Shown one piece after another: positions 48,207 through 57,688 of a stretch of 64,000 bases of DNA; the stretch's first letter is position 1, and the number at the start of each line of letters is the position of its first letter. The stretch lies in contig CAWCFT010000004.1 in the NCBI GenBank assembly GCA_963794945.1, positions 160,001 through 224,000 on the forward strand, read 5' to 3'. The notes beneath the pieces were generated by a model, which was not told the origin of the DNA, did no database searches, and saw only the letters and a list, made by a program, of their open reading frames with translations. Both the position numbers and the translations under genes were made by a program. This stretch comes from Endomicrobiales bacterium (GTDB lineage: Bacteria; Elusimicrobiota; Endomicrobiia; Endomicrobiales; CAWCFT01).

Positions 48207-48982
48207 CTATCTCATCAACTCTTGTAATTTAATATCCGGGTTGTGATACCTTGATCTGCCGACTGTGTTTTTGCCGTATTGGATCGCCGTCATGGGGCAC
48301 CACTGGATGCAGGCCATGCATTGCTCGCACTTGTGGCGCCAGACGGGTTTTCTGTTCTCGATAGATATGTTTTCCACGGGGCAGATCTTCGCGCATATGC
48401 CGCAGGCGTTGCAGGTATCCTGTGCCCAGAATTTAGCGTCCATCCCGTGTATCCTGGGCATCGATGTTTTATAAAGCATACCTGACAACATATTTATAAA
48501 TATATTGCTTTTTTCGAGTATGCCGCTTTCATTATTCTTTACCACACGGACTATTTCGGCTATTTTGGCTTTCGCGTTCTCAAACAGCTTCGCCTGCGCC
48601 TGCGGCGGTTTCGCGCCGTACATCACTACATAATTTCCCGGCATATTGACTACGAAACCGGCGCTTAAAACCCCGCCGCTTTGCTTTAACAGGCCTTTAA
48701 ACTGCGCGTTAGTCGCCCCGGGGCTTCCGCCGTGGGTAACTACAGAAAATACATATTTCCCTTTCAGGCCCTGAAGCTTTTTTATAAACTCGACGACAAG
48801 CAAAGGCACACCGCACATGTAAACCGGGAACACAAAACCAACCTTATCGGCGCCGGCTCGCCGTCTTTCTTAATAGCCTCGCCTATAGAAATAATTTCAG
48901 TGTCTCCAAGCCCGGCGGCGATATCCTTAGCCACCTTAAGCGAATTCCCCGTTCCCGAAAAATAATATATTACAGCCTTCAT
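48207..48982 (-). CDS. EFR1-family ferredoxin (flavodoxin fold plus 4Fe-4S), frameshift near 48850
   Basis: YYFSGTGNS, FPVY, MPGNY, CNACGICAKICP, CEQCMACIQWCP. Confidence 0.88.
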
Positions 48983-49039
48983 ATTACCTCCATACCACGC
49001 CCCGCTTATTCCGCATATTACTTATTTCCGCTCTTTGAA

Positions 49040-49636
49040 TCAATAATACTGCAGCCCTTTAAGGAAGGCTTCAAGCTTTTCCTGGTAAGCCTTGGGGTCT
49101 TTGTTCTTTATCTCTCCCGCGAAAAAACCGCCTGCGGAAACGGCTTTTTTGCCGGCAAGGGTTTCTATCTTTTTAATTGTTTTATCAGGCTTGCTGCCGC
49201 CGGATGTCGTGAAAACGGATATACTTTTGAACGATTGTTTGTTGTTGGTTATGTAGGTTCTGATAGCAGGCGTCATGTTCCCGGCCCAAATAGGCGTGCC
49301 CAGTATTACCATTTCGTATTTTGAAGGGTCATACTTTACCGTTTCTATATCCGCCAGTTTCTCCTGCGAGGCGTCTTTGCCGGACTTTATCCAACCCATG
49401 ACGCCGCTGCGGTCTTTTTTATCGACAAGTTGTTCAACATCCGCGTTAAGAGCCGCGGCAATATCCGCGGCGACTTTTTTGGTGTTGCCGGTACGGCTGT
49501 AAAAAACTACCAGAGCTTTCTTTTGGGGTGTCACTTGCGCCCCCTCTTTAGCCTGACCTGTTTGAAGCCCCGCCGCGAACAACTGTCCGGCGGCCATAAG
49601 CGCCACAACCACAATAAAACAATGAACAATACGCAT
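49040..49636 (-). CDS. exported flavodoxin family protein
   Basis: Signal peptide; VVFYSRTGNTKKVA, LGTPIWAG. Confidence 0.85.
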   Translation of the reverse strand: MRIVHCFIVVVALMAAGQLFAAGLQTGQAKEGAQVTPQKKALVVFYSRTGNTKKVAADIAAALNADVEQLVDKKDRSGVMGWIKSGKDASQEKLADIETVKYDPSKYEMVILGTPIWAGNMTPAIRTYITNNKQSFKSISVFTTSGGSKPDKTIKKIETLAGKKAVSAGGFFAGEIKNKDPKAYQEKLEAFLKGLQYY

Positions 49637-49841
49637 GTTATTCCTCCTTTGGGATATGGGGTCAGGTCTTGATTCTTGCCTAACCACATTTTTCAACTTC
49701 TTGATATATTTATCGTTTGTCTCAACCGGTCTTCTTCTGCTCCTTTACCACATTAATGGAAGGAAACGCTTCAACGATTCTTTATTTTATCTATTGTATT
49801 TATTTTACGAGCTTGATCAGTACCAATACAAATATTTGGTG

Positions 49842-50503
49842 TTACTTTAGCCTGCTTTTTCCCTTTGGGCATACCTGCATACACAATCCACAAGGGTGTT
49901 TGAAACCAAGTATTTTCTTTAATTTCGTTCGCTCGCCGCTGCACGTGAAAGCATCTATCAACGTTGTGCGTTCGCAGCCTGGTGACCATGTACCTCCGCG
50001 AAGTGCGCCGTACGGGCACACGTGCACACAAAGCATGCAACCGCCGCACCGGCTTTCGGTTACTGGTATACCCGGCTTCAGCGGGGCATCGGTAAGAACA
50101 GTAGCGATCCGTATGCCGCAGCCGTAATCGTCTGAAACAAAAAGGCAGTTCCTACCGACCACCCTAAGCCCGCACGGGTAGCGGCTATTTTGTGTGAAAA
50201 GTCAGCGGTAAGTACTCTACGCTGGCTTGAAACAGCGGGCGAAAACGTGCGAAAGCCCCGGCTAAGAAGCACTTGTTCCACCCGGGCTATGACCGAATGT
50301 ATCTGTTCCCTGGTTTCAGCAAGATGCCAGTGGAACCGAGCAGGGTCCTTATGCAGCGCGGCGACCACGCCAGCGGCGTAAGCGATGCCAAGCGATACTG
50401 CACGCTGAAATTTACCCGCGCCCCGCACACCTCGAACATCGGCGAAACCTATAATATCAGCTCCTGCCCGCAAGGCCGAGTCCCTTAAAGCCTTTTCGAT
50501 CAC
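49842..50503 (-). CDS. QueG-like 4Fe-4S protein, frameshift near 50160
   Basis: GADIIGFAD, FSHKIAATRAGLGW/VGRNCL, CGGCMLCVHVCP, CGLCMQVCP. Confidence 0.8.
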
Positions 50504-50555
50504 TTAATTTTGTCCTTTCTGTTTATAAAATGCCTTCGAGCCCGCCGCCAGCTTG

Positions 50556-51824
50556 TCAAGGCGTCTGGGAATCACCGAGCGTTGCCGCTATCTTATCTTC
50601 TTCAAGGTCTTCGAGCTCCCGCTTGCGGTTTGCCCCCGTCACAGCGGGGCGCCCGTAAAGCATTCGGAAAACCCATGCGGCGTTCAGCAGCAAAAGTCCG
50701 CTGGTAACAAAGAATACTGAGCGTATCCCGAACAAGGCCGCCACCTGTCCTCCCAGAACCGAACCCGCGAAAATACCTAAGTATTGGCCCGATATATTGA
50801 AGCCGAATACCCTGCCGGTGATAGACTCCGGCACGGCGTGTTTTACCATGGCATTGAGCGCAGGCATCAGCCCGGCGGTAGCGAGGCCCAATAGGAAGCG
50901 AAGGCCCATGAGCTGCCAGGGATTATGCACGAAAGCCTGAGGTACGAGCAGCACTCCCGCGGCGGCCAGCGCCACGAGCGTCACTTTTTGTGGCCCGATC
51001 CTGTCGGTAAGCTTTCCCAGGCGCGGGGCGGCCAGAACGCTGGACAGGCCGGAAGCCGCGAAAACCATCCCCGACATGAGCGCGACGTGAGCTCCGGTTT
51101 TGGAGAGCTGAGAGATATAAATAGTGATTATGGGCTCGATTGTGCAGAGAGCCACCGACACCATGAACGTAGACGTAAAGACTATGAAAAGCAGTCCCGT
51201 ATCCGGCACCTGCCGCCATATCTCTCTTATGCCAGGGGCTTTCCGGCCGGTTCGGACAAAATGTTCTTCCACCCGCAAGAGGGTAGCGGCAAAGACGGCT
51301 ATCATCAGCGCGCCGGTTATCCAGAATATGCTCCGAAGGCCCGCGGTTTCCGCCAGAAAGCCGCCAAGCAAAGGGCCGAGCAGGGAACCTGCGATGGAGG
51401 CTGTGCTAAGCGTGCCCAGCGCCCAGCCCGCGTTTTCCATCGGCACCTGGGTAGCTATCAAAGTTATGCAGGCTGTGCTGTAGCCCGTGATGACACCCTG
51501 CAGCAGCCGGAGCACGATCAACTGATGCACGTTCTGCGCAAACCCCATTGAAAAGATAACGAGCGCCATACCGAGGCTTGCCCGCAGAAGCATGGGCTTG
51601 CGCCCGAAAGTATCCGCGGCGTGGCCCCAGACCGGTGAGAATACCGCAGAGAGTATAAAGGTAGCGCCGAAAGCGATGCCCGAAAGGCGTGCGATGGAGG
51701 CGGAGTCCGCCACGCCGAGCATCTTAATGTAAAGCGGCAGTATAGGGGCAAGCTGGCTCATCCCGATAGAGGTGATGAACATGCCGAACCAGCAAACTGT
51801 TAAATTCTTCTTCCAGATATCCAT
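50556..51824 (-). CDS. MFS multidrug efflux transporter (MdtG-like)
   Basis: WKKNLTVCWFG, WGHAADTFGRKPMLLRA, 12 TM helices. Confidence 0.9.
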   Translation of the reverse strand: MDIWKKNLTVCWFGMFITSIGMSQLAPILPLYIKMLGVADSASIARLSGIAFGATFILSAVFSPVWGHAADTFGRKPMLLRASLGMALVIFSMGFAQNVHQLIVLRLLQGVITGYSTACITLIATQVPMENAGWALGTLSTASIAGSLLGPLLGGFLAETAGLRSIFWITGALMIAVFAATLLRVEEHFVRTGRKAPGIREIWRQVPDTGLLFIVFTSTFMVSVALCTIEPIITIYISQLSKTGAHVALMSGMVFAASGLSSVLAAPRLGKLTDRIGPQKVTLVALAAAGVLLVPQAFVHNPWQLMGLRFLLGLATAGLMPALNAMVKHAVPESITGRVFGFNISGQYLGIFAGSVLGGQVAALFGIRSVFFVTSGLLLLNAAWVFRMLYGRPAVTGANRKRELEDLEEDKIAATLGDSQTP

Positions 51825-51942
51825 GTTTATTTATTCTTTTGAGAAATAGTGATGTTAGCCAAAACCGCTGTATCTCCAAACTCACCCTGCCCTCTCTTTA
51901 TCAAAAAGAGAGGGTAACTGTGCGTAAAATTAGTGATAAAAT

Positions 51943-52060
51943 AAAAAAAGCCACACCGCGAGAGCAGTATAGCCGTTCAGTATTTGGAATAAGTTTTTAT
52001 TAGCCGTCCCACCGCACTGACCCCGATGATACAAATTCATCCTCAGGGAATATTATAGCA
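51943..52060 (-). ncRNA. candidate leader/attenuator or small RNA, copy 2
   Basis: Homologous to 13599-13712; terminator GCTATACTGC/GCGGTGTGGC plus T7. Confidence 0.55.
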
Positions 52061-52132
52061 AATTATTTCTCAATTACCCTATCCTTCCTCCCGTCCCAGC
52101 TCCATAGCCGGGACGGGCTGATAATTTGCGGC

Positions 52133-52685
52133 TTAGGCAGAGGCCAGCGCCGAACCAGCTTTTTCAAGTTCTTTTATAAGCTCCCCGTTTTTCGCGTGAG
52201 CACCGGGGACGTTCCCGTTGCCTTCAATAACTACTTCCGTTACGGGAAAACCGAGCATGTTAAGCGCTTCTTTCGCGCACTCGAGGTTTTTAAGAAATAC
52301 TTTTTTGTCGGCCATTCCCTGTGTCACCGCCACGAGCGTTTTTTTGTTGACCTTTGACGTAAAATCGTTATTGAGGTACGGGTAGAACCTGTCAAGCACG
52401 GTTTTTGTTCTGGGCGTTCATGCTGAGCATGTAAACGGGAAAACCTATAACAACGGCGTCCGATGTCTCGATCTCCTTATATATCTTCTGCATATCGTCT
52501 TTTACGGCACAGCCGTCGTGAGTCCGGCAGTACATGCATGCCTTGCACCCGCTGATATTTAACTGCGGGATATTTATGATGCTTGTTTCCGCGCCGGAGT
52601 CCTTGGCCCCTTTAAGCGCCGCCTTTACCATTACCTCTGTGTTGCCGTTCTTTCTTGGGCTGCCGACTAATCCTAATACTTTCAT
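52133..52685 (-). CDS. NADPH-dependent FMN reductase / iron-sulfur flavoprotein, frameshift near 52405
   Basis: GSPRKNGNT, GCKACMYC, GFPVY, then LDRFY in the next frame. Confidence 0.87.
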
Positions 52686-52722
52686 TGTCCTCTCCTTGAA
52701 TTTAGTTTTTGTCTTGCCTAGC

Positions 52723-52742
52723 ATAGTTTGATATCATACTAT
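52723..52742. promoter_or_regulatory. putative MarR operator
   Basis: ATAGTTTGATATCATACTAT near-palindrome matching the site at 53188-53205. Confidence 0.6.
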
Positions 52743-52756
52743 AATGCCAAAAAAAA

Positions 52757-53178
52757 TCACAGGTTGCCGCTGATCCTTTCAAGATAACCTATAAGCGCCT
52801 CCTTCTCCTTTTCTGCGAATCCCTTATAGGCTGTTCCCAGAAGTTTTTCGGATATTTTTTTAAACACCGGTTCGAGCTTTTTGCCTTTCCCGGAAAGTTC
52901 AATCATGGTGGTCCTGCCGCATGTCTCGTGGCCGCGCCTCTTGACGTAACCGCTTGCCTCAAGCTTATCTATGAGCGCGGTAACGGTGGACTTGTGCTTG
53001 TGGATGCAGTCCGCCACCTGCCTCATAGAAAGCGGGCCGCTCCTGTACAGAGCGGTAGAATGCTGCCGTGCGACGGAACTATGCCTTTTATCCCGTTCGC
53101 GTTGAGCTCGCTTACGATCATCTTGTTCGCTTTATCGCGGACCTTTGAGACCAGGGATATTACGTGGCTTGTTTTCAT
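52757..53178 (-). CDS. MarR family transcriptional regulator, frameshift near 53055
   Basis: GIVPSHGSIL, then KHKSTVTALIDKLEASGYVKR..ELSGKG. Confidence 0.88.
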
Positions 53179-53185
53179 ACCTGCT

Positions 53186-53214
53186 ATTATAGTTTGATAT
53201 CAAACCTTTGTCAA
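53186..53214 (-). promoter_or_regulatory. sigma70 promoter of marR with a palindromic operator in the spacer
   Basis: TTGACA-17 bp (containing GTTTGATATCAAAC)-TATAAT, 7 nt before the ATG. Confidence 0.75.
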
Positions 53215-53355
53215 GCCCCCCGCAACTATTTTTTTGTGCCGCCCTTAATGGAACACCGGAAAAAAACGGAGCCTGGCAGGCTATTGGCCCTCCGGGCTCT
53301 GTTTTAGTATTTTAACCGCGCCCAGCCGCGAGAATTACCGCGGCCGGTGTAAAAG

Positions 53356-53706
53356 TTACTGGCCGGTTGTGCCTGTATTGCCGGTGTTTGTGGCGGCCGG
53401 ATGTTTTTCCTGGTATATCTGTTTGCTGCTCTGGTTAAGGTTCTGCCTGAGGCTCTTGCGCTGCTGAGCGGTAAGAGGCTTGCCGCCGTTGGCCTTTATC
53501 ATGGCCTGTTTTTCCTGTTTGTCGCCTTTGATTTCACTCCTGAGCTGCTTTGCCTGCCCTTTGGTCAGCTTGCCTTTTTTTACTCCCTGATTTATGCGCT
53601 TCTCCTGATTTTTCTCCCTGGCGTTAATTACCGGCGTATCCGCGAAAACGCACGAACCGCCCACCGTAAGAACACACACTGCTGCAGCTAAAATTCTTTT
53701 AAACAT
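53356..53706 (-). CDS. small secreted helical protein
   Basis: Signal peptide; INAREKNQEKRINQGVKKGKLT; GGAGG RBS. Confidence 0.7.
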   Translation of the reverse strand: MFKRILAAAVCVLTVGGSCVFADTPVINAREKNQEKRINQGVKKGKLTKGQAKQLRSEIKGDKQEKQAMIKANGGKPLTAQQRKSLRQNLNQSSKQIYQEKHPAATNTGNTGTTGQ

Positions 53707-53808
53707 TTTTCCCTCCGATAATAAGATGACAACTGACATCTGCTGCGTTTAACCACCTCCTTGAACGCGTTCCGTCACTTCGGACAATGATATCCGACAA
53801 AAGCTGCT

Positions 53809-54852
53809 CTACCAGATCCACTTTACGCCCGTCAGCACGTACACGGCCTGCGTAGAGAGCACGTTGTAGCCGGCCTTAAGCTGTATGGTTGATGATATCG
53901 TATAGAATACCGTGAACGTTGTAGAGTCTTCCTGAGGCTGGTCGAGCACGTAAGAGGTACGCGCCCAGTCCAGTTCCAGCTTCAGGCTGTCCCACGGCGA
54001 CACCGACACCCCGGCCGAGTAGACGCTATCCGGAAACCCGTCGATAAGAGCCGTATTCGTGCCGAAACTGCCGTTCTTGACGCCTTTTGTCCCGGAAAGC
54101 TTCGCCAGCTTCTGAGAGAAAAGGCTCACGTCTTTGTCGTACGTGTATTTCGAGCAGCCAAGATTGAAGTCGAGCAGTTCAAACAACTCGCACGTTAACG
54201 CAGGGTCAGCGTGCGTCTGCTTAAGGTCGTACCAGTCGGAGTGGTCTATGGCAACGAGTTTCGCTTTGCCGTTTTTCGCGAGCCTTTTCTGGTACGTGTT
54301 GTAGTCGATGAATTCCGATAGAGTGGCCGCGTTGTACGCAAGCGAACAGCCCCAGGTGAAGGCTTCGACATCTTCATCCTTATCCGCGGCCTGCGCAGCG
54401 TCTTGCGTATCGCCTTGATCATCGTGATCTCCGGCTTGTGCCGCATCCGGCGCCTTGACAGCCGCCTCGCCCGGCTTTTCTTCAGGCGGCGCCGGTTTCG
54501 CGCTGTTATAAGAAATGCTAGCTCCCCATCCGGACGATTTGGTGTCGTTCGCCTCCGGAGAGCCAAGCAGGTTAAACCCGAACGTAAGATGGTCGCCAGA
54601 TTTTATGGAGATGTTCCCGGTGTAGGTTTTTGTGAGGTTTGGCGTGACCGAGCTGGAACTTGACGCCTGCTCGTAACCGAGCCCGAAGTTCACTTGTTTA
54701 GTGATGTTCGCGTCAAGGTTTAATGAGCTGTCCTGGTAGGATCCGGGCCCTTGAGTGTTATCAACGCCTATGTCCGCGATGAGCAGCGGCGGTAACGCAC
54801 ACAAAAGCGCGGCGAGTGAAGACCCCAAAAATAGAATTTTGCAGCGGTTCAT
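53809..54852 (-). CDS. hypothetical outer-membrane beta-barrel protein
   Basis: Signal peptide, amphipathic strands, terminal GVKWIW; promoter TTGACT-17-TATAAT at 54863-54891. Confidence 0.65.
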   Translation of the reverse strand: MNRCKILFLGSSLAALLCALPPLLIADIGVDNTQGPGSYQDSSLNLDANITKQVNFGLGYEQASSSSSVTPNLTKTYTGNISIKSGDHLTFGFNLLGSPEANDTKSSGWGASISYNSAKPAPPEEKPGEAAVKAPDAAQAGDHDDQGDTQDAAQAADKDEDVEAFTWGCSLAYNAATLSEFIDYNTYQKRLAKNGKAKLVAIDHSDWYDLKQTHADPALTCELFELLDFNLGCSKYTYDKDVSLFSQKLAKLSGTKGVKNGSFGTNTALIDGFPDSVYSAGVSVSPWDSLKLELDWARTSYVLDQPQEDSTTFTVFYTISSTIQLKAGYNVLSTQAVYVLTGVKWIW

Positions 54853-54926
54853 TTGCAGATAAATTATACTGTCTAATATAACACAAGTCAATGGGATTTT
54901 TCGCACAAGAGAGAACCGGGTTCGGT

Positions 54927-55373
54927 TCAGGCGCTCTTGGGAAGCTGTTTGAGGGCGTGGGACATTTCCTCGACTAACGGTACGGGGAAAGATATGCCTT
55001 TGCCGGGAAGGTACTCGTTGTCTTTGAGATAGAAAGTGCGAACGTGGACTATCTTTGAGCCTTTGTATTCCTTTACGTAAACCCTTATCTTTTCGTTCTC
55101 TTTAGACTCGAGATCAAAATCGAACTCCTTTTCCGGGTTCTTGATATACCTGTCGAAAGCGCAGAGTATGGACGGCACGTGCCTGTAAGAGAGCCATATA
55201 CCTTTTCTAGTAGGCCTGTGCTTCGGCTCGCCTGGGTAGAGAAAGAAGGTCCTCACATCTATCTTGTTATTCTTGAGAACCGAGACGCGTATCTCTTCAA
55301 GCTGGTTCTTTGGGATCTTAGCGACTAACGTAGCGTTCATGAATATTACGCCCGGATCTTCTCTTACTCTCAT
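54927..55373 (-). CDS. tandem PC4/YdbC-type ssDNA-binding domain protein (start may be 55340)
   Basis: Two repeats: EEIRVS..IDVRTFF..PTRKGIWL and EKIRVY..VHVRTFY..PGKGISF. Confidence 0.75.
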   Translation of the reverse strand: MRVREDPGVIFMNATLVAKIPKNQLEEIRVSVLKNNKIDVRTFFLYPGEPKHRPTRKGIWLSYRHVPSILCAFDRYIKNPEKEFDFDLESKENEKIRVYVKEYKGSKIVHVRTFYLKDNEYLPGKGISFPVPLVEEMSHALKQLPKSA

Positions 55374-55394
55374 TTTATTTCCTTTTATAAACAG

Positions 55395-55501
55395 TGATAA
55401 GGGTTAAGCGGTAAGGGGTAAGTGAACTACACATAACAACCCAAACATACCCCGTTGTTGCTCAGTTGACTTTCTTACCACTTACACTTAACGCTTATCG
55501 C
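55395..55501. repeat. degenerate inverted heptamer-repeat hairpin
   Basis: GTGATAA GGGTTAA GCGGTAA GGGGTAA ... CTTACCA CTTACA CTTAACG CTTATCG. Confidence 0.6.
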
Positions 55502-56225
55502 TGATTTTGTTGTAATAATCATACGGCACGAATACACCTTCTCTATACTCAAGCACCATAAGATGCACGTGCGTGGGCGACGTCTTCATGTCCGCGAGGC
55601 GTCCGGTTCGGCCGACGATGCCGAGGGCTTCGCCCTTCTTTACCAAACGGCCAGGCTCAACGAATATGTCGTTTAAGTGCGCGTAATAGAAGAACTTGTT
55701 GTCTTTCGGGTTGTAGAGCCAAACGTATTTACCACCCCTGAGTTTACTTTTGGGTTCCCATACCTTATTTACAAACAATACAACACAATCTTCCATGGCG
55801 AGAGCCCTTACGGGCTGGTTCGTAACATCGTCGAGGCAGCGCCTGAACTTGTCTCTTATAAATATATCGTGGGCTGGATGGCCGCCATGCTTATTGCCGT
55901 CAAAGAAATCGTAGCCTTTTATATTGTACGGGCCGTAGACCGCGTTCGGTTGGAAATCTGTCTTCTCGAGCGCCCCACGGCCGTATGAGTCGAGCGGGAA
56001 GGCCCAGCTTGAGATCCCCAGTTCGTAAAGCGTTAGGACATAGGAAGAAAGCTCTGGCACCAGCGAATCAAGCTTAAGCTGTGCGTCTACCTTAGGTATG
56101 TTTCCATCCCTTACGGAAACCTCGTATGCCTGCCAGTCCTCAAGCGGGCCCGCGAACGCCGAGCCGCCAAAACCCAGCGCGACAAAAGATATTATAATGA
56201 GTGTTTGGAATATTTTTGTATTCAA
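55488..56225 (-). CDS. M23 family metallopeptidase
   Basis: HPAHDIF, YYAHL, VGRTG, HVHL; probable TTG start at 56225. Confidence 0.85.
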   Translation of the reverse strand: MNTKIFQTLIIISFVALGFGGSAFAGPLEDWQAYEVSVRDGNIPKVDAQLKLDSLVPELSSYVLTLYELGISSWAFPLDSYGRGALEKTDFQPNAVYGPYNIKGYDFFDGNKHGGHPAHDIFIRDKFRRCLDDVTNQPVRALAMEDCVVLFVNKVWEPKSKLRGGKYVWLYNPKDNKFFYYAHLNDIFVEPGRLVKKGEALGIVGRTGRLADMKTSPTHVHLMVLEYREGVFVPYDYYNKISDKR

Positions 56226-56326
56226 GACAGTGATAATGTTATCTAATATAAAATATTTTTGCAACCGGCGGTGATTTTGGTATAATAGTTGCGTTGGGTA
56301 TGCGAGACAGCGCACCGGAGGCTATC

Positions 56327-57151
56327 ATGAAGACCGTCGGCATTATCTACAACGACGAAAAACCCCGCGCCATAAAAGAAACGCAGAAGATAAAGAACTG
56401 GCTGAAAAAACGCGGTTGCAAAGCTGTTGTTCTTCCTTCATCCGGCAAGAACGCGGGCGAGCTCGATTTCGCTGTCTGCCTTGGCGGCGACGGAACTATG
56501 CTCAAGGCGAGCTCCTTTTTGGCGCCCGCGGGCATCCCGGTGCTGGGCGTTAACCTGGGATCGCTGGGGTTCCTTGCGGAAACCAACCCCGAAGAATGCT
56601 ACTCCTTCATCGATGGCATACTCAATAACGGCTTCAATGTTGAAGAGCGTACGATGCTCTCTGTCGGAATTACTAAAGGCTCAAAAAAGATAACACACAC
56701 AGCGTTAAACGACTGTATGATACACTCGGGCAACAACGGCCGCGTGATAACTGTAAGCGTTCATGTAAACGGTGATTTCCTCGCGGACTACGTAGGCGAC
56801 GGTTTGATAGTAGCGACGCCCACGGGTTCAACCGCCTACTCCTTAGCGGCATCGGGGCCCATCGTGCACCCTCACCTGTCTGTTTTCCTGCTTACGCCAA
56901 TATGCCCGCACACGCTGACGCAGAGGCCTATGATAATATCGGCCGGCCACACACTGTCTTTGACCGCTGACTCTGCTATAGTCCGCGAGAAACCGATACT
57001 CTCTATTGACGGGCAGACGAGTTACCTGCTTAAATCCGGCGACAGGATATCAGTTTCGCTTTCCGACCACCCGCTTAAACTTATAGTTAACCCTAAAAGG
57101 AAATACCTGGAAGTCCTGAGGACCAAACTAGGCTGGGGTATAAGGGGTTAA
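56327..57151 (+). CDS. nadK: NAD(+) kinase
   Basis: LGGDGTML, NLGSLGFL, DGLIVATPTGSTAYSLAA. Confidence 0.97.
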   Translation: MKTVGIIYNDEKPRAIKETQKIKNWLKKRGCKAVVLPSSGKNAGELDFAVCLGGDGTMLKASSFLAPAGIPVLGVNLGSLGFLAETNPEECYSFIDGILNNGFNVEERTMLSVGITKGSKKITHTALNDCMIHSGNNGRVITVSVHVNGDFLADYVGDGLIVATPTGSTAYSLAASGPIVHPHLSVFLLTPICPHTLTQRPMIISAGHTLSLTADSAIVREKPILSIDGQTSYLLKSGDRISVSLSDHPLKLIVNPKRKYLEVLRTKLGWGIRG

Positions 57152-57168
57152 GCATGCTTAACACCTTT

Positions 57169-57682
57169 ATTACAGATTTTAGAGCCAATTACAGATTACA
57201 GATTGTAATTCAAAGTCGAAGCTTTTTAGTTTCAATTGAATCTCTATGGCAACATATAAATCATTTGAAGAATTGCCAGTCTGGAAATCTGCCAGTGAAT
57301 TAGCTGCGGATATTTACAAGGCGTCTTCTTGTGGAAACATTGATAAGGACTATTCTTTTAAAGATCAAATTAGAAGGTCAGTTTTATCCGTATCGAGTAA
57401 CATCGCGGAAGGTTTTGAGCGCGGCGCAAAGAAAGAACTAATTCAGTTTTTATACATTTCGCGAGGTTCCTGCGGTGAGCTGCGCAGCCAAATCCATGTT
57501 GCAAAGAATATAGGCTATTTAACTGATATTGAATACCATAAATTACTAGATAAATGCATGCTCGTATCAAAACAAATAAACGGTTTCATTGAATACTTAA
57601 AAAAGTCGACATCCACCGGCCAGAAACTATTTATAAAGGACTTATCTGTTAATTTGTAATATGTAATCTGTAATTTGTAATT
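57169..57682 (+). mobile_element. four-helix-bundle gene cassette bounded by inverted heptamer repeats
   Basis: (ACAGATT)n at 57169-57204 and (AATTTGT/AATCTGT)n at 57651-57682, between nadK and recN. Confidence 0.55.
57246..57659 (+). CDS. four helix bundle protein (23S rRNA IVS protein / Avd-like family)
   Basis: SFEELPVW, DQIRRSVLSVSSNIAEGFER, FLYISRGSCGELRSQ. Confidence 0.93.
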   Translation: MATYKSFEELPVWKSASELAADIYKASSCGNIDKDYSFKDQIRRSVLSVSSNIAEGFERGAKKELIQFLYISRGSCGELRSQIHVAKNIGYLTDIEYHKLLDKCMLVSKQINGFIEYLKKSTSTGQKLFIKDLSVNL

Positions 57683-57688
57683 AATTCT

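Noticed and set aside
57246..57659. Diversity-generating retroelement (Avd-like gene)
   Set aside because: No reverse transcriptase and no template/variable repeat pair with adenine-specific differences in the window.
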